This document shows, one piece after another, positions 47,238 through 56,521 of a stretch of 64,000 nt of DNA; the first letter of the stretch is position 1, and every line of letters starts with the position of its first letter. The stretch is from contig CAVWCJ010000006.1 in assembly GCA_963753465.1 (NCBI GenBank), forward strand, positions 261,366 through 325,365, read 5' to 3'. The notes under the pieces were generated by a model that saw only the letters and a program-made list of their open reading frames with translations, searched no databases and was not told the origin of the DNA. The position numbers were made by a program, and so were the translations under genes. This DNA comes from an uncultured Chloroflexia bacterium. GTDB taxonomy: Bacteria > Chloroflexota > Anaerolineae > Anaerolineales > Villigracilaceae.

Positions 47238-48653
47238 ATGCCGCAACGCCAAATCTACCTGCTCTCCCCCAAGGAACTCAATCCGGAGACAATCGCAGTT
47301 GCCTTCGCCAAGACCTCCCGCTCGCCGGAATCCTTTCATGACATCGCTGCAGAGCTGACCGACAAATCCAGTGCCCGTTTCCATGAAAAATGGGTGGTCG
47401 GTTACGGGCACGCCTCGGTGGCCGAGCACGCTGTCCTGCACATCGCCATCGAGAATGTCTCCCGCCTAGCCGTGGAATGCATCGAATCCAACCGGCTGGC
47501 TTCCTACACGGAAAAGTCGACCCGCTACCAGAAATGGGGAAAGGACAGCTTTTTAATCCCGCCCGAATTGGCAGGCCAGCCTCTGGAAGAGGTTTATACA
47601 CGCACCTGCAGCCTGCTCTTCGAGACATATGCCCAGTCGCTCGAACCAGTTCGCAGGCTGGTGGAGAGTCAGAATCCGATCCAGGAGGAGGAAAAGGAAG
47701 CTGCCTACGACCGCCGGATACGCTCGAAGTATATCGATTCGTGCCGCTTCCTTCTGCCAGCCGCCTCGCTTGCCAACCTGGGCATGACCGCCAACGCCCG
47801 CGTGCTGGAAAATGCCATCCGCAAGATGCTCTCGCACCCGCTGCAGGAAGTTCGCCAGATTGGCGAGGAGATCAAGCATGTGGCTTCCGCCGAGCTCCCG
47901 ACACTGCTGAAGTATGCCGCGCCAGTCGCTTACCTGTCCGAAACGACGGAAGAACTGGAAAAGTTCGTTTTGAAAGGTGATGAAAGCGAAGAGGGGGATG
48001 ATTGGTGCCGCCTGGCGGCCTATGATGCCGAGGGGGAGTACAAAATCCTCGCAGCGGCACTGGTGCGCTTCAGCGAGATGTCGTTTGTCGAAGCGCTGAA
48101 TGCGGTGAAATCCCTTTCCAGCTCGGATGTGGAACACCTGGCAAATTCTCTGCTCGGACGGCTTGGCCGCCATGATGCCCCTCTGCGCGAGTTGGAATAC
48201 ACCAGCTACACCTTCGACCTGATCCTCGACCAGGGTGCCTACGCCGAATTCAAACGCCACCGCATGATGACACAGACTCCGCAGGCGCTGACAGCCCGCC
48301 TGGGGTATGCCGTCCCGCGCCGGATCGCAGAGGCGGATTTCGAGGCTCCTTACCGCTTTGCCATGGAGGCTGCTGGTGAGGCATACGAAAAGCTGGCCGC
48401 CTGGAATCCGCATATTGCCTCTTATATTGTCCCTAACGGCTTCAAACGCCGGGTGCTTTTTACGGTGAATTTGCGGGAAGCCTTCGCCCTGTGCCAGCTG
48501 CGTTCATCCGCCAACGCCCACTTCTCGATCCGGCGTGTTGCCCAAAGACTGGCGGAGGAGATCCGGCGCGTCCATCCCCTGCTGGCAAAAAGCATGTCCC
48601 TGCCGGAGGAAACCTGGCAGTCGATCGAAGATCAATATTTCACCCAGGTTTAA
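47238..48653 (+). CDS. thyX: FAD-dependent thymidylate synthase, long (~470 aa) pseudo-dimeric form
   Basis: SRSPESF...HEKWVVGYGHASVAEHAVLH...NRLASYTEKSTRY is in the first half. The canonical RHR motif (EFKRHRMMTQ, codons 48255-48263) is in the second half. The start is set to the ATG at 47238. Confidence 0.88.
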   Translation: MPQRQIYLLSPKELNPETIAVAFAKTSRSPESFHDIAAELTDKSSARFHEKWVVGYGHASVAEHAVLHIAIENVSRLAVECIESNRLASYTEKSTRYQKWGKDSFLIPPELAGQPLEEVYTRTCSLLFETYAQSLEPVRRLVESQNPIQEEEKEAAYDRRIRSKYIDSCRFLLPAASLANLGMTANARVLENAIRKMLSHPLQEVRQIGEEIKHVASAELPTLLKYAAPVAYLSETTEELEKFVLKGDESEEGDDWCRLAAYDAEGEYKILAAALVRFSEMSFVEALNAVKSLSSSDVEHLANSLLGRLGRHDAPLRELEYTSYTFDLILDQGAYAEFKRHRMMTQTPQALTARLGYAVPRRIAEADFEAPYRFAMEAAGEAYEKLAAWNPHIASYIVPNGFKRRVLFTVNLREAFALCQLRSSANAHFSIRRVAQRLAEEIRRVHPLLAKSMSLPEETWQSIEDQYFTQV

Positions 48654-48718
48654 AATGGCGGTCCCGCTTACAAACTAAAGGAAAGCCTTTCGGTCAGCAG
48701 CCCGGGTTGGGTTCGTTG

Positions 48719-49099
48719 TTATCCATAAAATATACTGAAAATCATTGTAATTAAAAGCATGGCCAAACTCAAAACATTTAGGATCAGTCCGATGATTCCA
48801 AATGTCTTTTTGTAGTCCTTATCAGTGATTCCACCAATGCCCAACCCCAGGCCCAGCATCGCCAGGCCTGGCGATATGCACTCTAGGTTATTGATGAAAT
48901 CAGGTAATTTTAGACAAGTACAAGAGGTTGGTGTTCTCGATAATGCAGCCCCGACCAACACAATAGTATAAATAGATCCAAGCAGCACGGCAAGGATACC
49001 GATCGAAAAAGAGGCGATGCCAACGCGGGAGTGCCGGCTGGGGCTTCTGGGAGAAGCAGGAATTTTTGTATCGTCGATCACCATCGACAAGTCAACCAC
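48719..49099 (-). CDS. small 3-TM membrane protein, paralog family member 2
   Basis: 126 aa. Carries SPGLAMLGLGLGIGGI and KKTFGIIGLILNVLS. AT-rich. The start is uncertain (GTG 49099 or ATG 49084). Confidence 0.7.
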   Translation of the reverse strand: MVDLSMVIDDTKIPASPRSPSRHSRVGIASFSIGILAVLLGSIYTIVLVGAALSRTPTSCTCLKLPDFINNLECISPGLAMLGLGLGIGGITDKDYKKTFGIIGLILNVLSLAMLLITMIFSIFYG

Positions 49100-49109
49100 C
49101 GCAACAAAA

Positions 49110-49472
49110 TTAGATTGCCGACCAATATGAAATTAGAACAAAACCCAACACAGACAGGCTGTTTAGGATAATACCGATCGTTCCGAATATTCTTTTGGAA
49201 TGCGTCTGGGCGATGCCGCTGATCCCCAGACCCAGTCCAAAGCAAGCAAGGCCTGGCGAGGCCACTGCCAGCAAAGATGGCCAGTCGATTACGTCATCAT
49301 AGGTTATTCCATTTATCTGATGAAAAAGAACAATTCTCGCCAAGCTGACGAGGGGAACCATAATCGCTGACAGCGCCAGGAGACCAACCACAAAAGAAGA
49401 AATCCCAACCCAGGAATGTTTGACTGTCTGACGAACAGGAGCTAATGACGGTGAAGAGCGAGTCGTTGCCAA
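49110..49472 (-). CDS. small 3-TM membrane protein, paralog family member 3
   Basis: 120 aa. Carries SPGLACFGLGLGISGI and KRIFGTIGIILNSLS. TTG start preceded by GGGAGGGG. Confidence 0.7.
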   Translation of the reverse strand: MATTRSSPSLAPVRQTVKHSWVGISSFVVGLLALSAIMVPLVSLARIVLFHQINGITYDDVIDWPSLLAVASPGLACFGLGLGISGIAQTHSKRIFGTIGIILNSLSVLGFVLISYWSAI

Positions 49473-49502
49473 GTCAGCTTCCCCTCCCGAAAGATCAACA
49501 GA

Positions 49503-50072
49503 TTATTCGTGGAACTCTTCCACCTGGTAGACAAGCACGTCCAGGTGTTTCTTCTGCCAGGTGTCCGGGGCGGCACCCATCTTCCAGCACAACTGGCCGA
49601 GAAAATCCTTTTTGTCAGAGACCTTCTCCCACACCTGCGGCAGGAACGTCGCCCGGCGGATGCCGTCGCGCAGGATGACCCCATCCACGCCTGGGCGCAG
49701 CCTGGCCAGCAGGTCGTCGGGACTGGAATACTCGAGCGCCTCCGGCTGGGTCAGACGGGAGATTTCAATGTTGATGCTCCCCAGTTCACCCTCCTGGACA
49801 TTCGGGAAGCGGTAGTCCTCAAGCGCAGCCGCGACGGCGTGTTCCCGCACATCTTCGACCAGCGATTGGTAGGGTTCCAGCGCGCCGATGCAGCCGCGCA
49901 GCTCGCCGGCTATCGTCAGGGTGATAAAGGCAGCCCCCGGATCGAGCAAAGTCGGGGTCAGTTCCGCCGGGTCAATGGGCGGAAGGGGATGCCCGCGCAC
50001 GCCCTCTTCCAAAGCACGGCGAGCCAGTTTCAATAAAGTTTGCTTTTCTTCCGCAGTCAGTTTTTCATTCAT
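49503..50072 (-). CDS. AMMECR1-domain protein (AmmeMemoRadiSam system protein A type)
   Basis: GAAFITLTIAGELRGCIGALEPYQSL...AAALEDYRFP...ISRLT is the AMMECR1 signature. Confidence 0.85.
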   Translation of the reverse strand: MNEKLTAEEKQTLLKLARRALEEGVRGHPLPPIDPAELTPTLLDPGAAFITLTIAGELRGCIGALEPYQSLVEDVREHAVAAALEDYRFPNVQEGELGSINIEISRLTQPEALEYSSPDDLLARLRPGVDGVILRDGIRRATFLPQVWEKVSDKKDFLGQLCWKMGAAPDTWQKKHLDVLVYQVEEFHE

Positions 50073-50568
50073 CGGGTGTTCCTCCCCTTCCCAGCTGCCA
50101 GTAGGCCTGATTGAAATACAGAAGCGGGTTGACGTCTTCCACTCCTTTCGCTGCGATCACTTCCCCGACGATGAGCGTATTCGTCCCCGCCGGATAGTTG
50201 GTTGCCACCCTGCAGTCCAAATATGCCAGACCGCCCTTGACGAACGGAACACCGCTGGATAGGGGTTCCGTCTCGATGCCAGCGAAGCGCTCCTCGGATT
50301 CCGGGAGGTGCGCGGCGAAGCGAACTGATATCTCCTGCTGATCACTCGCAAGGATGGTCACCCCAAAATATCCGGAGCGGAGCACCAGATCGTGCGTCTG
50401 GCTGGAGGCTGCCAGCGAGACCAGTACCAGCGGCGGTTCAAGCGATATTGAAGTAAACGAACTGACCGTCATGCCATGCCGGAGGCCATCGGAACGGGCG
50501 CTGACGATCGTCACACCCGTGGCCCAGGCGCGCATGGCGCTTCGCAGGGTTTCTGCATCCACACTCAT
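50065..50568 (-). CDS. flavin reductase family protein (FMN-binding split barrel)
   Basis: LRSAMRAWATGVTIVSA....HGMTVSSFTSISLEPPLVLVSL. The ATG at 50568 is preceded by AAGGAA. Confidence 0.82.
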   Translation of the reverse strand: MSVDAETLRSAMRAWATGVTIVSARSDGLRHGMTVSSFTSISLEPPLVLVSLAASSQTHDLVLRSGYFGVTILASDQQEISVRFAAHLPESEERFAGIETEPLSSGVPFVKGGLAYLDCRVATNYPAGTNTLIVGEVIAAKGVEDVNPLLYFNQAYWQLGRGGTPDE

Positions 50569-50653
50569 CCGGTTTCCTTTCAATATCATCATACAATCAC
50601 GGGGAAGCGGAGTCAAGTAAAAGGCGAAACCACTTTTGAACGAAAAGATGTGT

Positions 50654-51115
50654 TTAAAACCTGAGGTGATCGAGCAAGGCGAAGATCAATAAAACGACCA
50701 GCGCCAGCCCTGCAACCCAGACCAGAATGATCCCACCGGCAGCAACCCAATTCACCGGGCGGCCCGCGCCTGTTTCCTGCCGCGCATTTTCCCGTGCTGA
50801 TTCCATCACCCCGGGCGGAATCATTCTGAGTGCCAGGGCAATCCCTAAGGGAACCAGGAGCAGATCGTCAAGATATCCGAAGATGGGAATGAAATCAGGA
50901 ATGAGGTCAATCGGGCTGAAGGCATAAGCCAGCACCAGCCCCGCCCAGGCCTTGGCATACCAAGGCATTCGCGGGTCACGGTACGCCAGCCAAAGGACGT
51001 GCGTTTGGAATTTCAATTCACGGGCACGCTGGTTCCAGCGTTTGCGGAAGGCCGCAAGAAATTTTCCCGCATGGTTCTGCATACCCCCGCCCGAGCCAGC
51101 TTTATTCCCCCCCAT
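50654..51115 (-). CDS. DUF1232 (YkvA-like) membrane protein
   Basis: [45 protein letters not shown] is the DUF1232 signature. The start is uncertain (51115, 51082 or the ORF-track 51166). Confidence 0.75.
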   Translation of the reverse strand: MGGNKAGSGGGMQNHAGKFLAAFRKRWNQRARELKFQTHVLWLAYRDPRMPWYAKAWAGLVLAYAFSPIDLIPDFIPIFGYLDDLLLVPLGIALALRMIPPGVMESARENARQETGAGRPVNWVAAGGIILVWVAGLALVVLLIFALLDHLRF

Positions 51116-51533
51116 CCCCCTCTCCATCCGGAGCGGCAGGCTGGTCCAACCGCACCACCTCACCATGGATATTGATCACCACTTTAAAACCCAACATACC
51201 CATGTAAGCCCGACCATCCTCCGGGATGCCTGTATCGAGCAGGTCCTCGAACTGGCGGTCAATATTTTTTAGCTGATTTTCGAGCATGGCCTTGGAGAAG
51301 ATGTCTTCCGTTCCAAGCATCTTGGCGGCAGCCTGGCTGAGCGAATCTTCGTTCCCTGCGATCTCCTTGCGCATGAGTTCGAGCACCTGGCGGTCCACCT
51401 GCTCGGAGGGGATGTGCCGGTGAAAGCCGCCGTCGTCGACCACATAGCAGGGTTCTCCCCCCACAAAGGCAGTGCCCACGGGGTGTTCGTTTTCATCCAC
51501 GATAAGACCGGCAAAAAGGGGTTGGCGGGGCAT
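51102..51533 (-). CDS. hypothetical protein (143 aa)
   Basis: Genome-typical composition, on the same strand and adjacent to the DUF1232 gene. No family recognised. Confidence 0.6.
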   Translation of the reverse strand: MPRQPLFAGLIVDENEHPVGTAFVGGEPCYVVDDGGFHRHIPSEQVDRQVLELMRKEIAGNEDSLSQAAAKMLGTEDIFSKAMLENQLKNIDRQFEDLLDTGIPEDGRAYMGMLGFKVVINIHGEVVRLDQPAAPDGEGDGGE

Positions 51534-51647
51534 TTTTTATCTCTGCTTTTATAAAAAATCAATCCACGGTGCGACCGATCGGGAACCCGGCTCCCTTAGG
51601 CAAAACTCTGCGGGTGGCTACCCGCGTTAATCCAGGATTCCTGTTTT

Positions 51648-52682
51648 TTATGAAACAGAAGGATAAACCCAAACCTCGGTTCCCTTGCCAGGCACGTAAA
51701 GGAAACGTTCCCCCTCCGGCACGGTCGGCAGCGTCCAGCGATAGATCCAAAAGGCATCCTGGGGGGCCAGGTTGACACAGCCGTGGCTGTGCGGGGTGCC
51801 AAAGTCATTATGCCAATAGGTTCCATGGATCGCGACACCGCTTTCTGTGATGTAGCTGTCCCAGGGAATAGCCGGCAGGTCAAACATGCTGTACTCGTCG
51901 TAGCCGCCCGTCATATGGGCCGTCGGGCGTTTATGGAAGGTGTGGAAGTGGCCGGTGGGGGTCTCGAATCCCTTCTTCCCGGTTGCAGCCCGGGCCACAT
52001 AGACCAACTGGTGGCCTTCGAAAGCCATCAGGAGCTGCGAGTCCAGGTACACCTCAATGTGTTTCTCGTTCTCAGGGATACCCTGGGAAAGGGGTGCCAT
52101 TTCATCCGCTGACAGGATGTGCACGTCCTCCGGGCGGATGTAGTAGTAAGCCTGGTAGAGCTGGTCATAAGCCTTATACCACCGGCTGCCGTCGCGGTTA
52201 TCCGTCACCACTTCATTAATGAAGTGGGCAGTGGCATAATACAACACCGGCCCCGGGACAGGATGGTGATTGACATCCCAGGATGAATAGGCAATCGGCA
52301 CGGTCACCTGCCCGACCACTCCGATCTGCGGAATATCCATCACTGCCGGGTTTTTCACGGTCTCGACCGGCTGGACACCTCCGGAATAGACGTAGCCCTG
52401 CTTGCCGATCTGGTACCACAGCCGGTTGTAATCGCTCTCGACGCCCCCGACGACCTGGCTGCTGATTTCCAGCAGGCTGTCCCGCGGAAATGAGCCCAAG
52501 CGCATCCCCTGGAAGGAGGGCGCGTCGCGGATCAGCAGGTGGTCGTAGACCACGCGTCCCTGGCTCGGTGAAAGGCCGGCCGCAGCCCGCTCGACGTGCA
52601 GGTCGGAAATTAAAAGGCCGAGCAGCGTAGCACCGCTCACCTTGAGGAAATCGCGCCGGGAGAGGGATTTAGTCAGAGGCAT
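51648..52682 (-). CDS. L,D-transpeptidase (YkuD) with Tat-type signal peptide
   Basis: SRRDFLKVSGATLLGL is Tat-like. The catalytic motif is IHGTYWHNDFGTPHSHGCVNL. The ATG overlaps the upstream stop by 1 nt (TGATG). Confidence 0.88.
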   Translation of the reverse strand: MPLTKSLSRRDFLKVSGATLLGLLISDLHVERAAAGLSPSQGRVVYDHLLIRDAPSFQGMRLGSFPRDSLLEISSQVVGGVESDYNRLWYQIGKQGYVYSGGVQPVETVKNPAVMDIPQIGVVGQVTVPIAYSSWDVNHHPVPGPVLYYATAHFINEVVTDNRDGSRWYKAYDQLYQAYYYIRPEDVHILSADEMAPLSQGIPENEKHIEVYLDSQLLMAFEGHQLVYVARAATGKKGFETPTGHFHTFHKRPTAHMTGGYDEYSMFDLPAIPWDSYITESGVAIHGTYWHNDFGTPHSHGCVNLAPQDAFWIYRWTLPTVPEGERFLYVPGKGTEVWVYPSVS

Positions 52683-53806
52683 CAGTAGTGAATGTTTACC
52701 AGTGTCCCGACCGAGGCAAAGTTGAACATCCAGGCTGCATCCGGGGTATACATGTTGACGCAGCCGTGGCTCATCGGGTGGCCAAAATTATGGTGCCAGT
52801 ATGTACCGTGGATGCCGTAGCCCTTGTAGAAATACATCGTATAGGGAACATTCGGCAGGTAATAGCCAATGCCGGCCATATCGGTATAGAGATACTTAAC
52901 ATAAATATGGAACTGACCGGTCACGGTGGGGAACTGCCAGACACCAGTCGAAACCAGGAAGCTTGCCACGAGAGTGTTGCCCTCGTAAGCGTACAGCGTT
53001 TGTTGGGAGAGGTTAACGTCGATCCAACGCTCCCCGGTGCCGCTCAAACCGGTAAACTGCCCGTACGGATCCGAGTTCGAAGCGGTTTGAGGGAGCAGGG
53101 TATCGGTCGGGGCGAGCGTCGGCAGAGGAGTATTGGTAGCCGTCGGCAGAGGTGTGTCGGTCGGGGTTTGGGTTTGCGTGAATGTCGGCGAAGGGGTGAA
53201 GGTGAAGGTGGGTGTGGGGGTCAGGGTGATGGTCGGAGTGTAGGTGGGTTTATCCACCTGGGCCGGACCGCCTGGCTCCGTCGAAGTGAATTGGGGGACA
53301 ATACTATTACGAATGAGGGCCATTGCCGGGAGCGCATTCCCGGGCCACATCGTCCAGGCAGCGATCCCACACACGAGGAGCAGCAGCAACGTCAAATAGG
53401 AACGGCGGTATCTCGTCAATGACCAGGTGGAGGGACTGTTCTCGGGAGCAACCTTGGGGAGGGTGGCAGGGGCGACTATCTCAGGCTGTGTATCCTTCAT
53501 GGAAGAAGGTCCGGTGTTCCGCACGGGAGAACGGGCTTTTTCCCTGCGCAACCGGTCCGCAGCCCAGCGCATCCCCTGGCGCGCTGCCTTGCTCCCCGGG
53601 TTAATCTTGAGCACCTGTTCGAGGTAAGCCACACTGGCACGCGGACTGGCCAGGGAGGCCAGGATCAACCAGGGTTCTTCCTGCCCGGGATCCAGGGAGG
53701 CGGCCAGCTCTGCCCAGCGGCGGGCGGCCGGTCGGTCACCGCCCTGCAAGGCTTGCCGGGCCTTCAATAGCGCCTGATGCGCGGCAGTCGGATCAGGGTT
53801 CATCAT
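52682..53806 (-). CDS. L,D-transpeptidase (YkuD) with N-terminal TPR-like region, TM helix and PT-rich linker
   Basis: IHGTYWHHNFGHPMSHGCVNM, and the linker TPTITLTPTPTFTFTPSPTFTQTQTPTDTPLPTATNTPLPT. Confidence 0.88.
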   Translation of the reverse strand: MMNPDPTAAHQALLKARQALQGGDRPAARRWAELAASLDPGQEEPWLILASLASPRASVAYLEQVLKINPGSKAARQGMRWAADRLRREKARSPVRNTGPSSMKDTQPEIVAPATLPKVAPENSPSTWSLTRYRRSYLTLLLLLVCGIAAWTMWPGNALPAMALIRNSIVPQFTSTEPGGPAQVDKPTYTPTITLTPTPTFTFTPSPTFTQTQTPTDTPLPTATNTPLPTLAPTDTLLPQTASNSDPYGQFTGLSGTGERWIDVNLSQQTLYAYEGNTLVASFLVSTGVWQFPTVTGQFHIYVKYLYTDMAGIGYYLPNVPYTMYFYKGYGIHGTYWHHNFGHPMSHGCVNMYTPDAAWMFNFASVGTLVNIHY

Positions 53807-53807
53807 C

Positions 53808-54584
53808 TCAAGGGGTATCCGTGGGCAAGGGATTCACAGTTTCATTATTAACAAAGCATACGATCCCCGCGACTATCCCGTCGGCAACCTCGTCAGGGTG
53901 TTCGGTAAGGATGGCATAGTCTTTATATAAAAAGCCGGCTTCAATGATAGCGGCGGTGGTGCTCGGGTCGATCTCCCGGAAGGCATGATAGTAGGTCATG
54001 TCGGGAGTGATGCTGTTGGCGTGGAAGGGCAAGCCGGTCACATGACCGTAGCGGTCACGCAGGCAGGCGACCAGGCGGCTGGACAGGTTCATGTCGCGGC
54101 TGGCAACAGCCGAGGCAACTTTGAAACCTGTCGCCTGATCGTTAATGTAGTCACAGGAATCGTTATGGATTGAGACCAGGGCTGCTGCCACGTATCCGTT
54201 CAAGCGCGGGTCAAATTCCTGAAGCAGGTCAACCTGGAAACCCTGGGCGACCAGCTTCTGCCTAACGAGCGAGGCAATCTTCAGGTTTACTTCCTGTTCA
54301 GTGACGCCGTTGGCACACACCGTACCGGAATCGTTGCCCCAATGGCCAGAGACGATGCCTATGCGCAGGGTCCTCTGTGAGGTGGGAGCGACTGCATTTA
54401 CCTGCGGCTGCGGGGTCAGCAGCACCGACAGGAACGAGCTGAAGTTGGTGGAGAACATCATGGGGGAGAAACCGGTAAACAGGGTCGCAACCAGGATAGC
54501 CACACTGATGGTCGTTTGCAGGACCCGGCCGGTGCGGATACCGCCGTTCGTGCGAGGCAGTGGAGAAGGCGTCGAGGCAGCCAT
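53808..54584 (-). CDS. N-acetylmuramoyl-L-alanine amidase (Amidase_3-like)
   Basis: A TM anchor, then IGIVSGHWGNDSGTVC...E...N and an overall Amidase_3 pattern. The stop lies 1 nt before the next gene's start. Confidence 0.78.
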   Translation of the reverse strand: MAASTPSPLPRTNGGIRTGRVLQTTISVAILVATLFTGFSPMMFSTNFSSFLSVLLTPQPQVNAVAPTSQRTLRIGIVSGHWGNDSGTVCANGVTEQEVNLKIASLVRQKLVAQGFQVDLLQEFDPRLNGYVAAALVSIHNDSCDYINDQATGFKVASAVASRDMNLSSRLVACLRDRYGHVTGLPFHANSITPDMTYYHAFREIDPSTTAAIIEAGFLYKDYAILTEHPDEVADGIVAGIVCFVNNETVNPLPTDTP

Positions 54585-54779
54585 AATTAACGTAATAGTA
54601 CTCTAAATTAGCTCAAAAAAGCAAGGTTTTTTGGAGAGGAATGGGCGAAATTGACGAGATTGAAAAGTGAAAAGGGAATTCTCCACTTTAATCATTATGC
54701 ACAGGCCAGACCCGGAAGAATCCCCCCGCTTCAGGCTATAATAAACCCGATTAAGAACACGCTCAACGGAGAAACTCCA

Positions 54780-56150
54780 ATGCTGGTTATTTTCAGCGAT
54801 ATCCACATCGGGGACGGGACCTGCAGCCAATCCATTCCCGCTTCCTCTTTCCGGCTTTTTTCCGACCGCTTGAAAGAGCTGGCGTTCAATGCCTCCTGGA
54901 ACAGCCGCGGGCGCTATCGCCCAGTGAAAACCATCGACATTCTTCTCCTGGGGGACATTCTCGAAGTACTGCACTCCACCCTTTGGCTCGAAAAGGAGCT
55001 TGGGGAGCCAGGTGCCGTCCGTCCCTGGACGGATCCAAACGCGCCTGAGTTTGCTGCCAAAATCCAGGCCATCACGCACGCCGTCCTGCAAAACAACGCC
55101 GGGTCGATAGCCATCCTCAAGGCCCTTACACAGCCGGGCGGTCTGACCCTGCCACCCTCGACACGCCTGGGCCTGCCCGACCCAAAAGCCCGCGAGCAGA
55201 TACCGGTCCGGGTGCGCCTGCACTATATGATCGGCAACCACGACTGGTATTATCATCTCCCCGGCAGGGCCTTCGATGCCATCCGCACTGAAATCGTGGA
55301 GGCATTTGGGCTGGAAAACTCGTCCCGGCCATTCCCGTACGAGCTCGGGGAATCGGTTAGGCTGCAGGATTTAATGGGGGGCTATCAGGTCCATGCCCAG
55401 CATGGCGACCGATGGGACGAGTTCAATTTCGATCCAGAGAAAGGCCGGGATGCCTCCAGCCTGGGGGATGCCTTTGCCGTTGAAATCCTCAACCGCTTTC
55501 CGGTGGAGGTCCAGGCCCATCTGGGTGATGAGCTGCCCCCAGGGCTGATCGATAGCCTGCGGGAGCTCGTCAACGTCCGCCCAATGCTCGCGACGCCGCT
55601 CTGGATCAGCGGCCACTTGCACCAGAACAACATTCCTCCCTCCGTCCAGCAGGAGCTCAGGAAGCTGTGGAATGGGATGTGCGACGAATTCCTGGCGCTC
55701 CCGTTCGTCCAGGGGTACAACAAGCCATTCAAGCTGAATATCGTCGACGGGCTGGAACTGGCCATCAAGATCACTGAAGGGATGTCCTTCCAAACCCTGG
55801 ACGAGATCGTTACCTGGATCCGCAAAAAGGTAAATCCTGAGGGGATCACCTTCGCCCGGCATGCACTGCAGGAAAAAGCTTTCATCAATCACAGCGCGCA
55901 GTTCATCGTCTACGGTCACACCCACCACCCGGAGACGGTCCCCCTGGATACGTTCCGGGCATCGGAGCGCCCGACCAACCAGATGTATTTCAACTCGGGC
56001 ACCTGGCACACCTACTTCGACCTGGCCATCTACAAGCCCGAGGAGCAAAAATTCATCCCTTACCAGATGATGACCTACCTGGTTTTCTACCGCGGCGATC
56101 AGCGCGGCGGCCGGCGCTTTGAGACCTGGACCGGGTCCTTCTCTGATTAG
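54780..56150 (+). CDS. calcineurin-like metallophosphoesterase, long form (456 aa)
   Basis: Motifs DIHIGDG, GDILE, GNHDWY and GHTHHP, with large insertions between them. The ATG at 54780 is preceded by GGAGAA. Confidence 0.82.
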   Translation: MLVIFSDIHIGDGTCSQSIPASSFRLFSDRLKELAFNASWNSRGRYRPVKTIDILLLGDILEVLHSTLWLEKELGEPGAVRPWTDPNAPEFAAKIQAITHAVLQNNAGSIAILKALTQPGGLTLPPSTRLGLPDPKAREQIPVRVRLHYMIGNHDWYYHLPGRAFDAIRTEIVEAFGLENSSRPFPYELGESVRLQDLMGGYQVHAQHGDRWDEFNFDPEKGRDASSLGDAFAVEILNRFPVEVQAHLGDELPPGLIDSLRELVNVRPMLATPLWISGHLHQNNIPPSVQQELRKLWNGMCDEFLALPFVQGYNKPFKLNIVDGLELAIKITEGMSFQTLDEIVTWIRKKVNPEGITFARHALQEKAFINHSAQFIVYGHTHHPETVPLDTFRASERPTNQMYFNSGTWHTYFDLAIYKPEEQKFIPYQMMTYLVFYRGDQRGGRRFETWTGSFSD

Positions 56151-56157
56151 CAGATCT

Positions 56158-56466
56158 ATGCCCGAATACCTTTACCTCATCCACCCCTACCGCCACGGTT
56201 TTTTCGACGATCCTACCCCGGAGGAAACCGCCGTCATGGAGGCACACTTCCAATACCTGAAGGCGGCTGCCGAAACCGGGACGGTGCTCTTGGCCAGCCC
56301 CTGTCTGGACGAAACTTTTGGCCTGGTGCTGCTGCGCGCAAGGGACGAAGCCGCCGCGCAGGCGTTCATGTTCAACGATCCTTCGGTCAAACAGAACGTC
56401 ATGGCCGCCGAGCTGCATCCGATGCGCATATCGATTACGGGAAAGCTTTCAGCGGAAAACGAATAA
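56158..56466 (+). CDS. YciI-family protein
   Basis: About 100 aa. YLYLIHPY...HFQYLK.....G.VLLASP.......LVLLRA.DEAAA..F...DP matches the YciI pattern. Confidence 0.6.
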   Translation: MPEYLYLIHPYRHGFFDDPTPEETAVMEAHFQYLKAAAETGTVLLASPCLDETFGLVLLRARDEAAAQAFMFNDPSVKQNVMAAELHPMRISITGKLSAENE

Positions 56467-56521
56467 ACGGTTAATCCTATGGGACTCCTGGAAATAAGGA
56501 AAATCGAACGAGAACATAAGA

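Noticed and set aside
47553-48413. 286-aa ORF antisense to thyX
   Set aside because: It is an antisense artefact. thyX motifs are clear on the plus strand.
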